Assembly (NCBI RefSeq): GCF_001306055.1
Contig: NZ_LGHJ01000014.1
Location: forward strand, 30,001-62,000
Source: Bellilinea caldifistulae
Lineage (GTDB): Bacteria; Chloroflexota; Anaerolineae; Anaerolineales; Anaerolineaceae
Reading direction: 5' to 3'
Length of the DNA stretch: 32,000 bases
Shown here: positions 19,101 through 25,332 of the stretch, piece after piece
How positions within the stretch are numbered: the first letter of the stretch is position 1
Layout of the letters: every line of letters starts with the position of its first letter
The notes under the pieces: generated by a model
Database searches by the model: none
Seen by the model: only the letters and a program-made list of their open reading frames with translations
Told to the model about the DNA's origin: nothing
Position numbers and translations under genes: made by a program

Positions 19101-20091
19101 TGCTTCTGCCGAAGCCATTTTGGAGGTAAACAGCAACAAGGTGATCGGTAAGCCGCTCGAACAGATTGCATCGTCGTTCGAGGGGAGTGGCAGTCAGTGG
19201 ATGACGGTGATTCAGCGCTGGTCGGAGGGAAGTTATCCCTCGCCGGGCGAAGCCTACGCCGAACAGATCACCCTCAATAACGGGCGGGTGGTCGCGCTGC
19301 ATCTGGCGCCGGTCATCTGGCGCAATGAATTTCTGGGTACCGTATCCATCCTGCGGGATATGACCCACCAGGTGCAGGTGGAACGTCTGAAATCGGAGTT
19401 CATCGCCAATGTCTCCCACGAACTGCGTACCCCCCTGACTTCAATTAAGGGATATACCGATATTTTGTTGATGGGCGCTGGTGGCGAGTTGACCGAAAAA
19501 CAGGTTCACTTCATTGAAATTTTACGAGAAAACGCAGAGCGCTTGAACATACTGGTTAATGACCTGCTGGATGTCTCCCGCATTCAATCCGGTAAAGTCA
19601 TGCTTGAGGCTCAGCCGCTGGATTTGCGCCTTCTGGCCGAAGAGATTTTGGGCGAAATGCGTCAGCGTTCGGTGGAAACCGGAAAACCGATGCAGTTTTT
19701 ACTGGAAGCGCCGCCTTCCTTGCCGCATGCGCGTGGAGACCGCGAACGCACCCTGCAAATTTTACGCAGTCTGGTCAGTAACGGCTTCAATTACACTCCC
19801 GAAAACGGTCAGGTGAAGGTACGGATTTCGGCTCGCGAACATGAGGTACAGGTAGATGTCATTGACAATGGGATTGGCATTCCGCCCAAAGACCATTCCC
19901 GCATTTTCGACCGTTTTTACCGTGGTGAAAGTCCTCTGGTCATGGCAACCCCCGGCACCGGTTTGGGACTGGCGCTTTCCAAAATTCTGGTCGAAATGCA
20001 GGAAGGCCGCATCTGGTTTTCTTCCACCGGGGTACCCGGTGAGGGCAGTGTATTTTCCTTTACTCTGCCAATCTACCCTTTGGAAGGTTGA
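13153..20091 (+). CDS. Giant sensor histidine kinase (2312 aa): N-terminal TM helix, PAS-like region, ten tandem GAF domains, PAS, HisKA, HATPase_c
   Basis: TM helix LILGVVLAGSGLLFWLAAAGLI (aa 7-28). PAS-like segment ILIVEAGGRLAWINSTARQLFGL. Ten units each end in a helix of the form (Q)xAxAxxNAxL(F/Y), near aa 320, 495, 668, 832, 1022, 1232, 1414, 1580, 1752 and 1934. PAS at about aa 1950-2070 (GILEAVADGVIVTD...). H-box SEFIANVSHELRTPLTSIKGY, with His2089 at codon CAC 19417-19419. N-box LVSNGFNYTP, G1 DNGIGIP, G2 GTGLGLALSK. AGGGA SD before the ATG. Confidence 0.92.
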   Translation: MVFENPLILGVVLAGSGLLFWLAAAGLIRWVSRSPRPHSILVPAEEADNPNADPILIVEAGGRLAWINSTARQLFGLKEGESANLEGLSRKIRPANALLNLCATDGQTRLIVEGKAIEAASQRLPFGQPEWRLITFRSGESGGMMGAAQTGLLPAQTLQVFLDLTQAMAASLDVEQTLFSILDNLDRLVPADLREINLYDEESQTFIPYRMLAMADGERKLLLASERYGREEGLSGVIAVSRQPLLVPDLEKATDLSTILDRRKYPVRSFLGVPLAIGEQFIGTLELASFAADAFQPQDRDLLTLISGQVAVAIHNALLYRQEQRRTAELNGLAQLAQAFSSVRDTRGLFERLVSAIQPLVRVQILGFLLYNEASRTLQAQVPFAGIPEQFLEMYRIAVQPGSPLETALLAQDVLISDHAAEDERWIELGLQPIAVAAGLRDTVMMPLAVSGRVLGYLQAANHLQEGSSFNQDELHLLMIVANQVAPIIDNASLLQQSRLRAQRAEGLRRIASLSSSAATLDEILKFSLQELVRLLQADLAAVFLLDQNRVVLQLHRPSQYGDAGEVPERLTRLLAEDAQFPFTSAGSQHIIQLNQAVEEKPIVPFYQQLIQSWRIESLIVVPLVVRDEGIGEIWIASRQPNFFDPGDVQLMATAAGQLAGVVERSYLLMQTDETLRRRVEQMTSLTRITRELSTSLDLKHLLQLVYDEALRTTRADCGTILFFELEQPPEATPQIRFWVGDPPPSQLSSLELQVIASGMGYVLRDVHNPDYYLPHEGVQSVLLVPIYHQDRAGGLICLHSSEREHFDESAMDIAQSLAAQATIALSNAVHYEEQTRRGTLLKRQLDTLAELYQVSRFLRPNQPLEKALEAIAEAIVDATPFRAVLISVYDPDGNCLHRVAHKGISPEMWEELRSRVQPWRGILQLCQPEYRVGDVYFIPADKQPLVPEEVHTITVLPGSEQQGEYLWNADDFLLAPLYDSNGEPLGLISVDDPRDARRPDRPTLDALEIFAVQASLLIENHRHLEKTQTELRQLLEENQQLRTSAEAARQQIPQLLQRQVEDLLEIRRLFRQVERVRAGLEIAAQASLQQNTRAALISMGRALLEHFALSMALVAEGDASGGRLIEVIGEIPPGSNPEALFGQRNPLRQALLDGRLILSPQVEEDPIWRGTPLLNGLGSRSFVVFPFEISSEHRAAVMVCGAEPMEAFEAEDAQVYEQLCRQVSISLQNLELLAETRRRLGDVNLLLEFSRKLGSLDTGSILQSLLESALQVLPSADAGWVGLIEENGGRIVPMHASGYTDVEALLQIRYDPERTPPPLPLRVVQSGNPLRVNEIHFAADYNLSAEDLIRYQKASRARLPISVLVLPIRLGERCMGVLVLENFDQAEAFSAEHESLALSLAQQAALALENARLFRSIQQRTAQLQALTQVSSTITSSLQTDALIASLLEQLQKVVPFDTATLWLRKGDWIEVAAARGFDDDQARIGLTARVEDSILFQEMSRSGLAISVPDVRADARFTRLLVPDYLSWLGIPLIAKSELIGVIALEKRDPDFYTEDYIQAAMTFAGQAAVALENARLFEESQRRAAELDQRSSRLALLNRFSADLGASLEVLPILQLTCERLADALDVTRVGAVLIDDQERLLLVTESPPVEDALPITLPAIPLIQQLRDSQGVFNTEDAEAETGLAEWRTAFLASRKVRALVIIPLISGQEISGWLMLQSEQKKRFTAQEIELVRTISNQAAIAMQNARRFEEIRTLKEDLERRVEERTAALSREHHKSQTMLKVTTELSASLDIHQVLSRSLSVLNEALQIDESLIVRDAGRVVVRAGQLLESSASPEGHTLEHQIHQYLMRVRKPLWIEDVHLDSRWQTDPHQPPAYRSVAAIPLILGEESLGTLMLLHREKGHFQAEQTGLLEGIARQIAITLNNAELFGLIRDQAENLGAMLRDQQIEASRSRGILEAVADGVIVTDVNQIITLFNASAEAILEVNSNKVIGKPLEQIASSFEGSGSQWMTVIQRWSEGSYPSPGEAYAEQITLNNGRVVALHLAPVIWRNEFLGTVSILRDMTHQVQVERLKSEFIANVSHELRTPLTSIKGYTDILLMGAGGELTEKQVHFIEILRENAERLNILVNDLLDVSRIQSGKVMLEAQPLDLRLLAEEILGEMRQRSVETGKPMQFLLEAPPSLPHARGDRERTLQILRSLVSNGFNYTPENGQVKVRISAREHEVQVDVIDNGIGIPPKDHSRIFDRFYRGESPLVMATPGTGLGLALSKILVEMQEGRIWFSSTGVPGEGSVFSFTLPIYPLEG
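13615..18957 (+). other. Array of ten GAF-domain-coding units inside the kinase gene, split 5+5 by a coiled-coil-like insert
   Basis: Approximate unit boundaries in aa: 155-320, 330-495, 505-670, 680-835, 845-1025, then a heptad-like Q/R/E/L-rich linker (1025-1090, TQTELRQLLEENQQLRTSAEAARQQIPQLLQRQVEDLLEIRRLFRQVERVRAGLE), then 1090-1235, 1240-1415, 1420-1582, 1590-1755 and 1780-1935. Boundaries were estimated by eye from the recurring C-terminal helices. Confidence 0.7.
19384..20076 (+). other. HisKA + HATPase_c catalytic core of the giant kinase
   Basis: H, N, G1 and G2 boxes are all present and canonical (see the CDS entry), so the kinase is predicted to be catalytically competent. Confidence 0.85.
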
Positions 20092-20097
20092 GTGGAA

Positions 20098-20478
20098 ATG
20101 GCGAAAATTTTAGTGGCTGAGGATGAAAAGGATATCCGTGACTTGCTCTCATTTACCTTGCAATTTGCCGGTCACACTGTGATTACCGTGAACAACGGGG
20201 AGGAAGCCTGGCAGGCTGCTCCCAGCGTCATGCCGGATTTGATTTTAATGGATGTGCGCATGCCGCGAATGACCGGTTATGAGGCCTGTCAACGCATCAA
20301 AGCCGACCCGCAAACCGCTCACATTCCGGTGGTGTTTCTCTCTGCCAAAGGGCAGGAAGCCGAGATTCAACAAGGCCTGCAAGCCGGCGCCAGCGAGTAC
20401 CTGCTGAAGCCCTTTGCGCCGGATGAGCTGACCCGCCGGGTGGCAGAATTGCTGGAACGCTTTGCCCAAAAGAAGTAA
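20098..20478 (+). CDS. Single-domain CheY-like response regulator
   Basis: The ATG at 20098 (MAKILVAEDEKD) lies 6 nt after the kinase TGA (20089-20091), with GGAAGG 10 nt upstream. The track's GTG at 20092 is an alternative. Phospho-acceptor in LILMDVRMPRMTG. Conserved S (FLSAKG) and K (YLLKPF). No output domain. Confidence 0.9.
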   Translation: MAKILVAEDEKDIRDLLSFTLQFAGHTVITVNNGEEAWQAAPSVMPDLILMDVRMPRMTGYEACQRIKADPQTAHIPVVFLSAKGQEAEIQQGLQAGASEYLLKPFAPDELTRRVAELLERFAQKK

Positions 20479-20480
20479 CC

Positions 20481-21266
20481 ATGAGCGCAATCCTGATTGA
20501 GCAAGATATCATTCACTATGAAGTACTGGGACGCGGCCGCCCGATTCTCTTTTTACATTCGTGGGTCGGTTCGTGGCGCTACTGGATTCCGATGATGCAG
20601 GCCGCTTCGGTCGGTTATCGGGCTTACGCGCTGGATTTGTACGGTTTTGGCGATAGCGCCAAGAATCGCCAGTACTCGCTGGAAGCGCAGGCCGGTCTGG
20701 TTGAGGCTTTTCTGGAAAAACTGGGGATTGGCAGGGTGGCGATTGTTGGACACGGATTGGGGGCACTGGTTGGCCTGCTGTTTGCGCTGCGCCATCCGGG
20801 GGTGGTGGATCGCGTGATGGCAGTCGGTTTTCCGCTGGATGAAACCATGATCAGCGGGCGGCTACGCAATACCTCACCGGTTGATCTGGCAGAAAGCATG
20901 CTGGGCAAGACGCCGCTCAGTGAGCCGGTTACTACCGATGCCGCCAAGACCGATCCGGCGGCGATTGTCGGTTCACTCAGTGATGTGGTGCTGCAATATG
21001 CAGGTGGTTTATGGGCGAAGTTAAACACGGCCTGTCTGCTGGTGCACGGCAACCGCGATGCACTGGTGCAGCCACCACGGCTGGACCAGATTGAAAAATT
21101 GCCGGAACACGCCCACCTGATTCAATTTGAAGAAGGCGGTCATTTTGTCATGCTGGACGACAGCAGTAAATTCAACCGGCTGATGAACGATTTTCTGAGC
21201 CTGCCTTCGGGAGAAAGCCCGCAGCAATTGCAGTTGAAGGAAGAATGGAAGCGCCGCGTGCGCTGA
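20481..21266 (+). CDS. Alpha/beta-fold hydrolase paralogue 2, nucleophile Ser replaced by Gly (predicted pseudo-hydrolase)
   Basis: It starts 2 nt after the CheY stop. The N-terminal ~110 aa align clearly with the 9388 gene (ILIEQDIIHYEVLGRGRPILFLHSWVGSWRYW vs ITTDQGILHYEVYGRGKPVILLHGWLGSWGLW; YALDLYGFGDS vs YALDFWGFGES). The nucleophile elbow reads GHGLGA (Gly92, codon GGA at 20754-20756) instead of GHSMGG. The Asp (HGNRDALV) and His (GGHFVMLDD) positions are retained. Confidence 0.8.
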   Translation: MSAILIEQDIIHYEVLGRGRPILFLHSWVGSWRYWIPMMQAASVGYRAYALDLYGFGDSAKNRQYSLEAQAGLVEAFLEKLGIGRVAIVGHGLGALVGLLFALRHPGVVDRVMAVGFPLDETMISGRLRNTSPVDLAESMLGKTPLSEPVTTDAAKTDPAAIVGSLSDVVLQYAGGLWAKLNTACLLVHGNRDALVQPPRLDQIEKLPEHAHLIQFEEGGHFVMLDDSSKFNRLMNDFLSLPSGESPQQLQLKEEWKRRVR

Positions 21267-21323
21267 TGCTTGCAAATTTCCGCCGCGGGGTATCAATGGC
21301 AGGGAACGCAAACCCGACTCCGG

Positions 21324-22190
21324 TTATGTCAGTTGTGGTTTCACCAGTTCCTGAAAAGTTTTCAGACAGCGTTCGCGTTCTCCCTGCGTTTCGGCGTTAC
21401 AGGAGAAAATCACCACATCCACCCCGGCCTGGCGGTAAGCCTGTAACTGTCCGGCAATTTGCTCCGGCGAACCGCTGAAGGGCTGATCCGGTTGGGGATT
21501 GGAGGAAAACTCAAGCCGGGCGCGCATACACACCATAAAAGGGCGGTTGAGCAACAACGGGCGCACCGATTCGAGTGCGGAGCGGATTTGTTCGACTGGC
21601 TGAGTGTTGGGATGCCAGCCGTCGGCGTAATACACCGCTCGTTTGAGCGCGGTGGGCGAGTCACCGGCGACCCAGATTGGCGGTCCGCCGGGTTGAACGG
21701 GGGGCGGCGAAAGCACAACCTTTTCAAACCGGTAGTAAGTGCCGGAAAAGGAAATTACTTTGCCGCCCCGCCAGAGAGTACGCAACACTTTCAAGGCTTC
21801 GTCCATGCGCTTGCCGCGGTTGTGAAAATCGTAACCCAAATTGGCATATTCCCCCTCTGACCAGCCAATGCCGGCGGCCAGAATCACGCGTCCACCGCTG
21901 AGTGCGTCCAGCGTGGCAAGCTCTTTGCCGATTTCCAGCGGGTTACGCTGAGGCAGCACCAGCGCCGAAATTCCCAACCGAATCCGTCGCGTGCTGGCAG
22001 CCAGATAACTGAGGGTGGTGATGGCTTCGAAGATATGGCCGAATCGCTCGGCATCCGCCTGTGGGAGCGCCAGATGATCGGTGACCCAAATCGAGTCAAA
22101 ACCCAATTCTTCGGCTGCCAGCGCGGTATCGAGGATGCTCAGACGGGTTGCGTTTTTGCCGTAGGTCGGCAGGACGACGCCAAACTTCAT
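21324..22190 (-). CDS. Luciferase-like monooxygenase (LLM) family, F420-dependent-oxidoreductase-like
   Basis: MKFGVVLPTYG...LGFDSIWVTDHL...RIRLGISALVLPQRNPLEIGKELATLDALSGGRVILAAGIGW is the typical LLM-class TIM-barrel pattern. Its ATG lies 3 nt after the M32 stop (TAA-GCG-ATG), so the two genes are probably co-translated. Confidence 0.8.
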   Translation of the reverse strand: MKFGVVLPTYGKNATRLSILDTALAAEELGFDSIWVTDHLALPQADAERFGHIFEAITTLSYLAASTRRIRLGISALVLPQRNPLEIGKELATLDALSGGRVILAAGIGWSEGEYANLGYDFHNRGKRMDEALKVLRTLWRGGKVISFSGTYYRFEKVVLSPPPVQPGGPPIWVAGDSPTALKRAVYYADGWHPNTQPVEQIRSALESVRPLLLNRPFMVCMRARLEFSSNPQPDQPFSGSPEQIAGQLQAYRQAGVDVVIFSCNAETQGERERCLKTFQELVKPQLT

Positions 22191-22193
22191 CGC

Positions 22194-23696
22194 TTAAAAA
22201 CCGTAAATATCGCGGTATTTGGTGTTGAGGTAACGGATATACGGCTGCGGATCAATTTTCGAACCGGTGACTTTTTCCACCAGTTCCTGCGGTTCGTACT
22301 TAGACCCGTGCCGATGGATTTTCTCCCGCAGCCAGCCCAGTAGCGCCGAAAACTCGCCGCGCTCAATCTGTTCTTCCAGATTGGGGATGTCCTGCTGAAT
22401 TTTTTCCCACAATTGCACCGAAATCAGATTGCCCAGCGCGTAGGTGGGGAAGTAGCCGATCATCCCGCCTGACCAGTGGATGTCCTGCAATACGCCGAGA
22501 CTGTCGTTCGGAGGGATAATTCCGAGGTATTCTTTCATGCGGGTGTTCCACGCTTCTGGCAGGTGTTTAACCTCCAAACTGCCTTCCATGAGAGCGATTT
22601 CCAGTTCAAGGCGCAACATGATGTGCAGGTTGTACGTGGCTTCGTCGGCCTCAACCCGAATGAAAGACGGTTCAACTTTGTTGATGGCCTTGTAAAAAGC
22701 CTCCAGGCTGACGTTGCCCAGTTGCTGGGGGAAGTACTCCTGCAGGCGCGGGTAGAAGAAGCGCCAGAAGGCGCGCGAACGCCCGACCAGATTCTCCCAC
22801 ATTCTAGACTGGGACTCGTGAACGGCTAATGAAGCCGCTCCGCCTAACACGCTGCGGCGGTATTTCCAGTCAATCCCCTGCTGGTAAAGGGCGTGGCCGG
22901 TCTCGTGCATGGTGCCGAACAGGGCTGAGGGGAGTTGATCTTCAATGACGCGGGTGGTGATGCGTACATCGCGGATACCAAAACTGGTAGTGAAAGGATG
23001 TGCGGAACGATCCTGCCGGCCGGCCTGCCAGTCATACCCAAAGCGAGTGGCGACTTCGACTCCAAAATCCCACTGTTTTTTATCGTCATATTTGAGATGC
23101 AGGAACGAATCATCTACCTGTGGGCGGGAAGCTATCGCTTGAATCAGTTCAACCTGTTGGGGGCGCAGCCGGGCGAAAATTTGCTGCACTTCGGCGGTTT
23201 TCAGGCCCGGCTCAAAATCATCCAGCAGAGGGTCATAAACATGGTCGTAAGGGGCAAAGTAACTGGCGTACTCGCGGCGCAATTCCACAATTCTTTCGAG
23301 ATGCGGCTGAAAGAGTCCGAAATTCGACTCACTGCGAGCCTGAACCCAGGCGCCCTGTGCCATGGTCGTCACACGGGCGTATTCGGCAACTTTTTCGGCC
23401 GGTACGCGGGTTTGTTTATCATATTCGCGTTTGGCCAGTTTGATCAGGCGGGCGTCATCCGAATCGGGGTCGAGGGTCTGGGCATAGGGTACCAGCTCGT
23501 CCAGCAATTTGCCCATCTCATCCGAAGTCGCCATCTCATGCACCAGCCGCGAGAGAGTGGCCATCTGTTCACCGCGTTCTTCCGCGCCTTTGGGGGGCAT
23601 GTAAGTTTGCTGATCCCATCCCATCAGGGCGCCGATCATCGAAAGATCCCAAATGGTGGCCATTTTTTCTTTGAGGAGGTTTAATTTTTCCTGCAT
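22194..23696 (-). CDS. Carboxypeptidase Taq-type metallopeptidase (family M32)
   Basis: HETGHALYQQG (HExxH), SAHPFTTSFG (HPF motif), DIHWSGGMIGYFPTYALGN and IRVEADEATYNLHI are the M32 signatures. 500 aa. AAAGGA SD. Confidence 0.9.
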   Translation of the reverse strand: MQEKLNLLKEKMATIWDLSMIGALMGWDQQTYMPPKGAEERGEQMATLSRLVHEMATSDEMGKLLDELVPYAQTLDPDSDDARLIKLAKREYDKQTRVPAEKVAEYARVTTMAQGAWVQARSESNFGLFQPHLERIVELRREYASYFAPYDHVYDPLLDDFEPGLKTAEVQQIFARLRPQQVELIQAIASRPQVDDSFLHLKYDDKKQWDFGVEVATRFGYDWQAGRQDRSAHPFTTSFGIRDVRITTRVIEDQLPSALFGTMHETGHALYQQGIDWKYRRSVLGGAASLAVHESQSRMWENLVGRSRAFWRFFYPRLQEYFPQQLGNVSLEAFYKAINKVEPSFIRVEADEATYNLHIMLRLELEIALMEGSLEVKHLPEAWNTRMKEYLGIIPPNDSLGVLQDIHWSGGMIGYFPTYALGNLISVQLWEKIQQDIPNLEEQIERGEFSALLGWLREKIHRHGSKYEPQELVEKVTGSKIDPQPYIRYLNTKYRDIYGF

Positions 23697-23714
23697 GGGT
23701 GATCCTTTCTCTAT

Positions 23715-23749
23715 AAAAAATTTGAGCGGGGATTGGATTTGCCCCGCTC
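23715..23749 (-). terminator. Probable rho-independent terminator downstream of the dehydrogenase gene
   Basis: On the minus strand: GAGCGGGG, a 10-nt loop (CAAATCCAAT), CCCCGCTC, then AAATTTTTTAT. It starts 16 nt after the stop at 23765. The 3-A spacer before the T6 run, and the M32 start only about 20 nt further on, make it possibly a partial terminator. Confidence 0.55.
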
Positions 23750-23764
23750 CATTCTACCGAAAAA

Positions 23765-24706
23765 TCAGGCAACTTTCCAGCGTAACGGCTCGCCTTTGAG
23801 GGCGGCCAGCACCTCGCTGGCAATGTCCTCGGCGGCGCGCCCCTGCGCCTCAACGGTTTGCGCTCCGATGTGCGGCGTGCAGACCACACGGGGGTGTTTG
23901 ACAAGGGGAGTAATCCCCGGCGGTTCGGCTGCAAATACATCCAGTCCGGCCCCCGCCACCTTGCCGGACTCAAGGGCCGCCAGCAAGGCCTCTTCGTTGA
24001 CAACCCCGCCGCGGGCTGCACAGATGAAATACACGCCGTCTTTCATTTTGGCGAAGGCATCCGCATTGATCAAATCCCGGGTGGTGTCATTGAGGGGGGT
24101 GTGAACGGTGATGATGTCGGACTGTTCTAAAAGCTCATCGAGTGTGGATGAACAACCGCAACGCTGTTCAATTTCCTCGCGTGTACGCAGAGGGTCATAG
24201 GCGATGACGTTCATTTCGAAGGCACTGGCGCGCTGGGCCACCGCCGAGCCGATCCGCCCAAAACCAATGATACCGAGGGTTTTGCGCCACAATTCGCCGC
24301 CTTCCAGTTCTTTTTTCAGCCATTTCCCTTCTTTCATGCCGGCATCGGCACGCGGAATTTCACGCAAGACCGCCAGCATCAGCCCGATGGTCAATTCGGC
24401 AACGGCGATGGTGGTGGCAGTCGGGGAATTGACCACCGTTACCCCTTTGGCTTTGGCGGCATTGAGATCAATGTTATCTACCCCAACACCGGCACGCCCA
24501 ACCACTTTGAGGTTTTTTCCCGCTTCAAAAACGGCCGGGGTCACCTTGGTGCGTCCGCGTACGATCAGCGCGTCATAATCACCGACAACTTGCAATAATT
24601 CCTCCGCCGAAATACCCGAACGGTTATCCACTCTGGCAAATTGCCGCAAGATGGCCTGCCCGTTTTCTTCCAATCCATCGGTCAGCAGCACTTTCCATTC
24701 ACTCAT
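23765..24706 (-). CDS. D-isomer-specific 2-hydroxyacid dehydrogenase, D-3-phosphoglycerate-dehydrogenase-like (short form, no ACT domain)
   Basis: The start is moved to the ATG at 24706 (MSEWKVLLTDGL), with AAGGAG upstream. NAD-binding GIIGFGRIGSAVAQR, and the catalytic-region motifs ...AARGGVVNE... and TPHIGAQT. Confidence 0.85.
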   Translation of the reverse strand: MSEWKVLLTDGLEENGQAILRQFARVDNRSGISAEELLQVVGDYDALIVRGRTKVTPAVFEAGKNLKVVGRAGVGVDNIDLNAAKAKGVTVVNSPTATTIAVAELTIGLMLAVLREIPRADAGMKEGKWLKKELEGGELWRKTLGIIGFGRIGSAVAQRASAFEMNVIAYDPLRTREEIEQRCGCSSTLDELLEQSDIITVHTPLNDTTRDLINADAFAKMKDGVYFICAARGGVVNEEALLAALESGKVAGAGLDVFAAEPPGITPLVKHPRVVCTPHIGAQTVEAQGRAAEDIASEVLAALKGEPLRWKVA

Positions 24707-24849
24707 GACAGATACTCCTTTTTCCGTCGAAGTTGGGATTCTGGGAATGCGGGGATAACCCCCTGACATTGTACCTTAAGAAAACCATTCGATTGTGGAA
24801 TTGGTATGAAAATCATCCACCAAACCTGACAAAACTCCCCCAGCGGCGG

Positions 24850-25302
24850 TTAGCGATCCAATTCCTCAACCAGTTTGAGGCAGGCATCATCGGTTGGGTT
24901 GGGCTGGTAGGAGGTGTTGAACCAGGCTTGCAGGATTTCACGGGCTACCGCTTCGCTGGTCAGGCGCAGTGAAAGGCAGAGGATATTGGCGTTGTTCCAG
25001 AGCCGCGCACCGCGCGCCGTTTCGGCATCCGCACACAGGGCCGCCCGCACACCACGCACTTTGTTGGCTGCCAGGCTGACCCCCGTGCCGGTCCAGCAGA
25101 ACAAGATGCCTTCGTCAGCATTGCCCGCGGCGACTTCCTCCGCGACGCGCCGGGCGACCACCGGCCAGTAATGCTGCGGTTGACCGGGCGGATCTTCCGG
25201 ATTGGGGCCGTAGTAAACCGGCGAGTGCCCCATCTTTTCCAATTCCCGGAGCACCACGCCAACGACGTGATGGTACTCATCTGCGGCTACCGCTACCTTC
25301 AT
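24850..25302 (-). CDS. rpiB: Ribose-5-phosphate isomerase B / sugar-phosphate isomerase (RpiB/LacA/LacB family)
   Basis: 150 aa. MKVAVAADEYHH..., GILFCWTGTGVSLAANKVRGVRAALC and NNANILCLSLR match the RpiB pattern (Cys-containing active-site loop). AGGAGG SD (reverse complement of 25309-25314). Confidence 0.8.
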   Translation of the reverse strand: MKVAVAADEYHHVVGVVLRELEKMGHSPVYYGPNPEDPPGQPQHYWPVVARRVAEEVAAGNADEGILFCWTGTGVSLAANKVRGVRAALCADAETARGARLWNNANILCLSLRLTSEAVAREILQAWFNTSYQPNPTDDACLKLVEELDR

Positions 25303-25332
25303 GGCTGACCTCCTGTGTTAAAATTGCGTCTG

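Noticed and set aside
22935-23684. 249-aa plus-strand ORF antisense to the M32 carboxypeptidase
   Set aside because: Shadow ORF. All M32 signatures (HETGH, HPF, GYFPTYALGN) are on the minus strand.
24785-24804. Imperfect inverted repeat CCATTC-GATTGTG-GAATTGG between the dehydrogenase gene and rpiB, sharing CGATTGTG with the ferritin upstream region
   Set aside because: The arms need a bulge. The shared 8-mer is within what is expected by chance when all intergenic 8-mers are compared post hoc.
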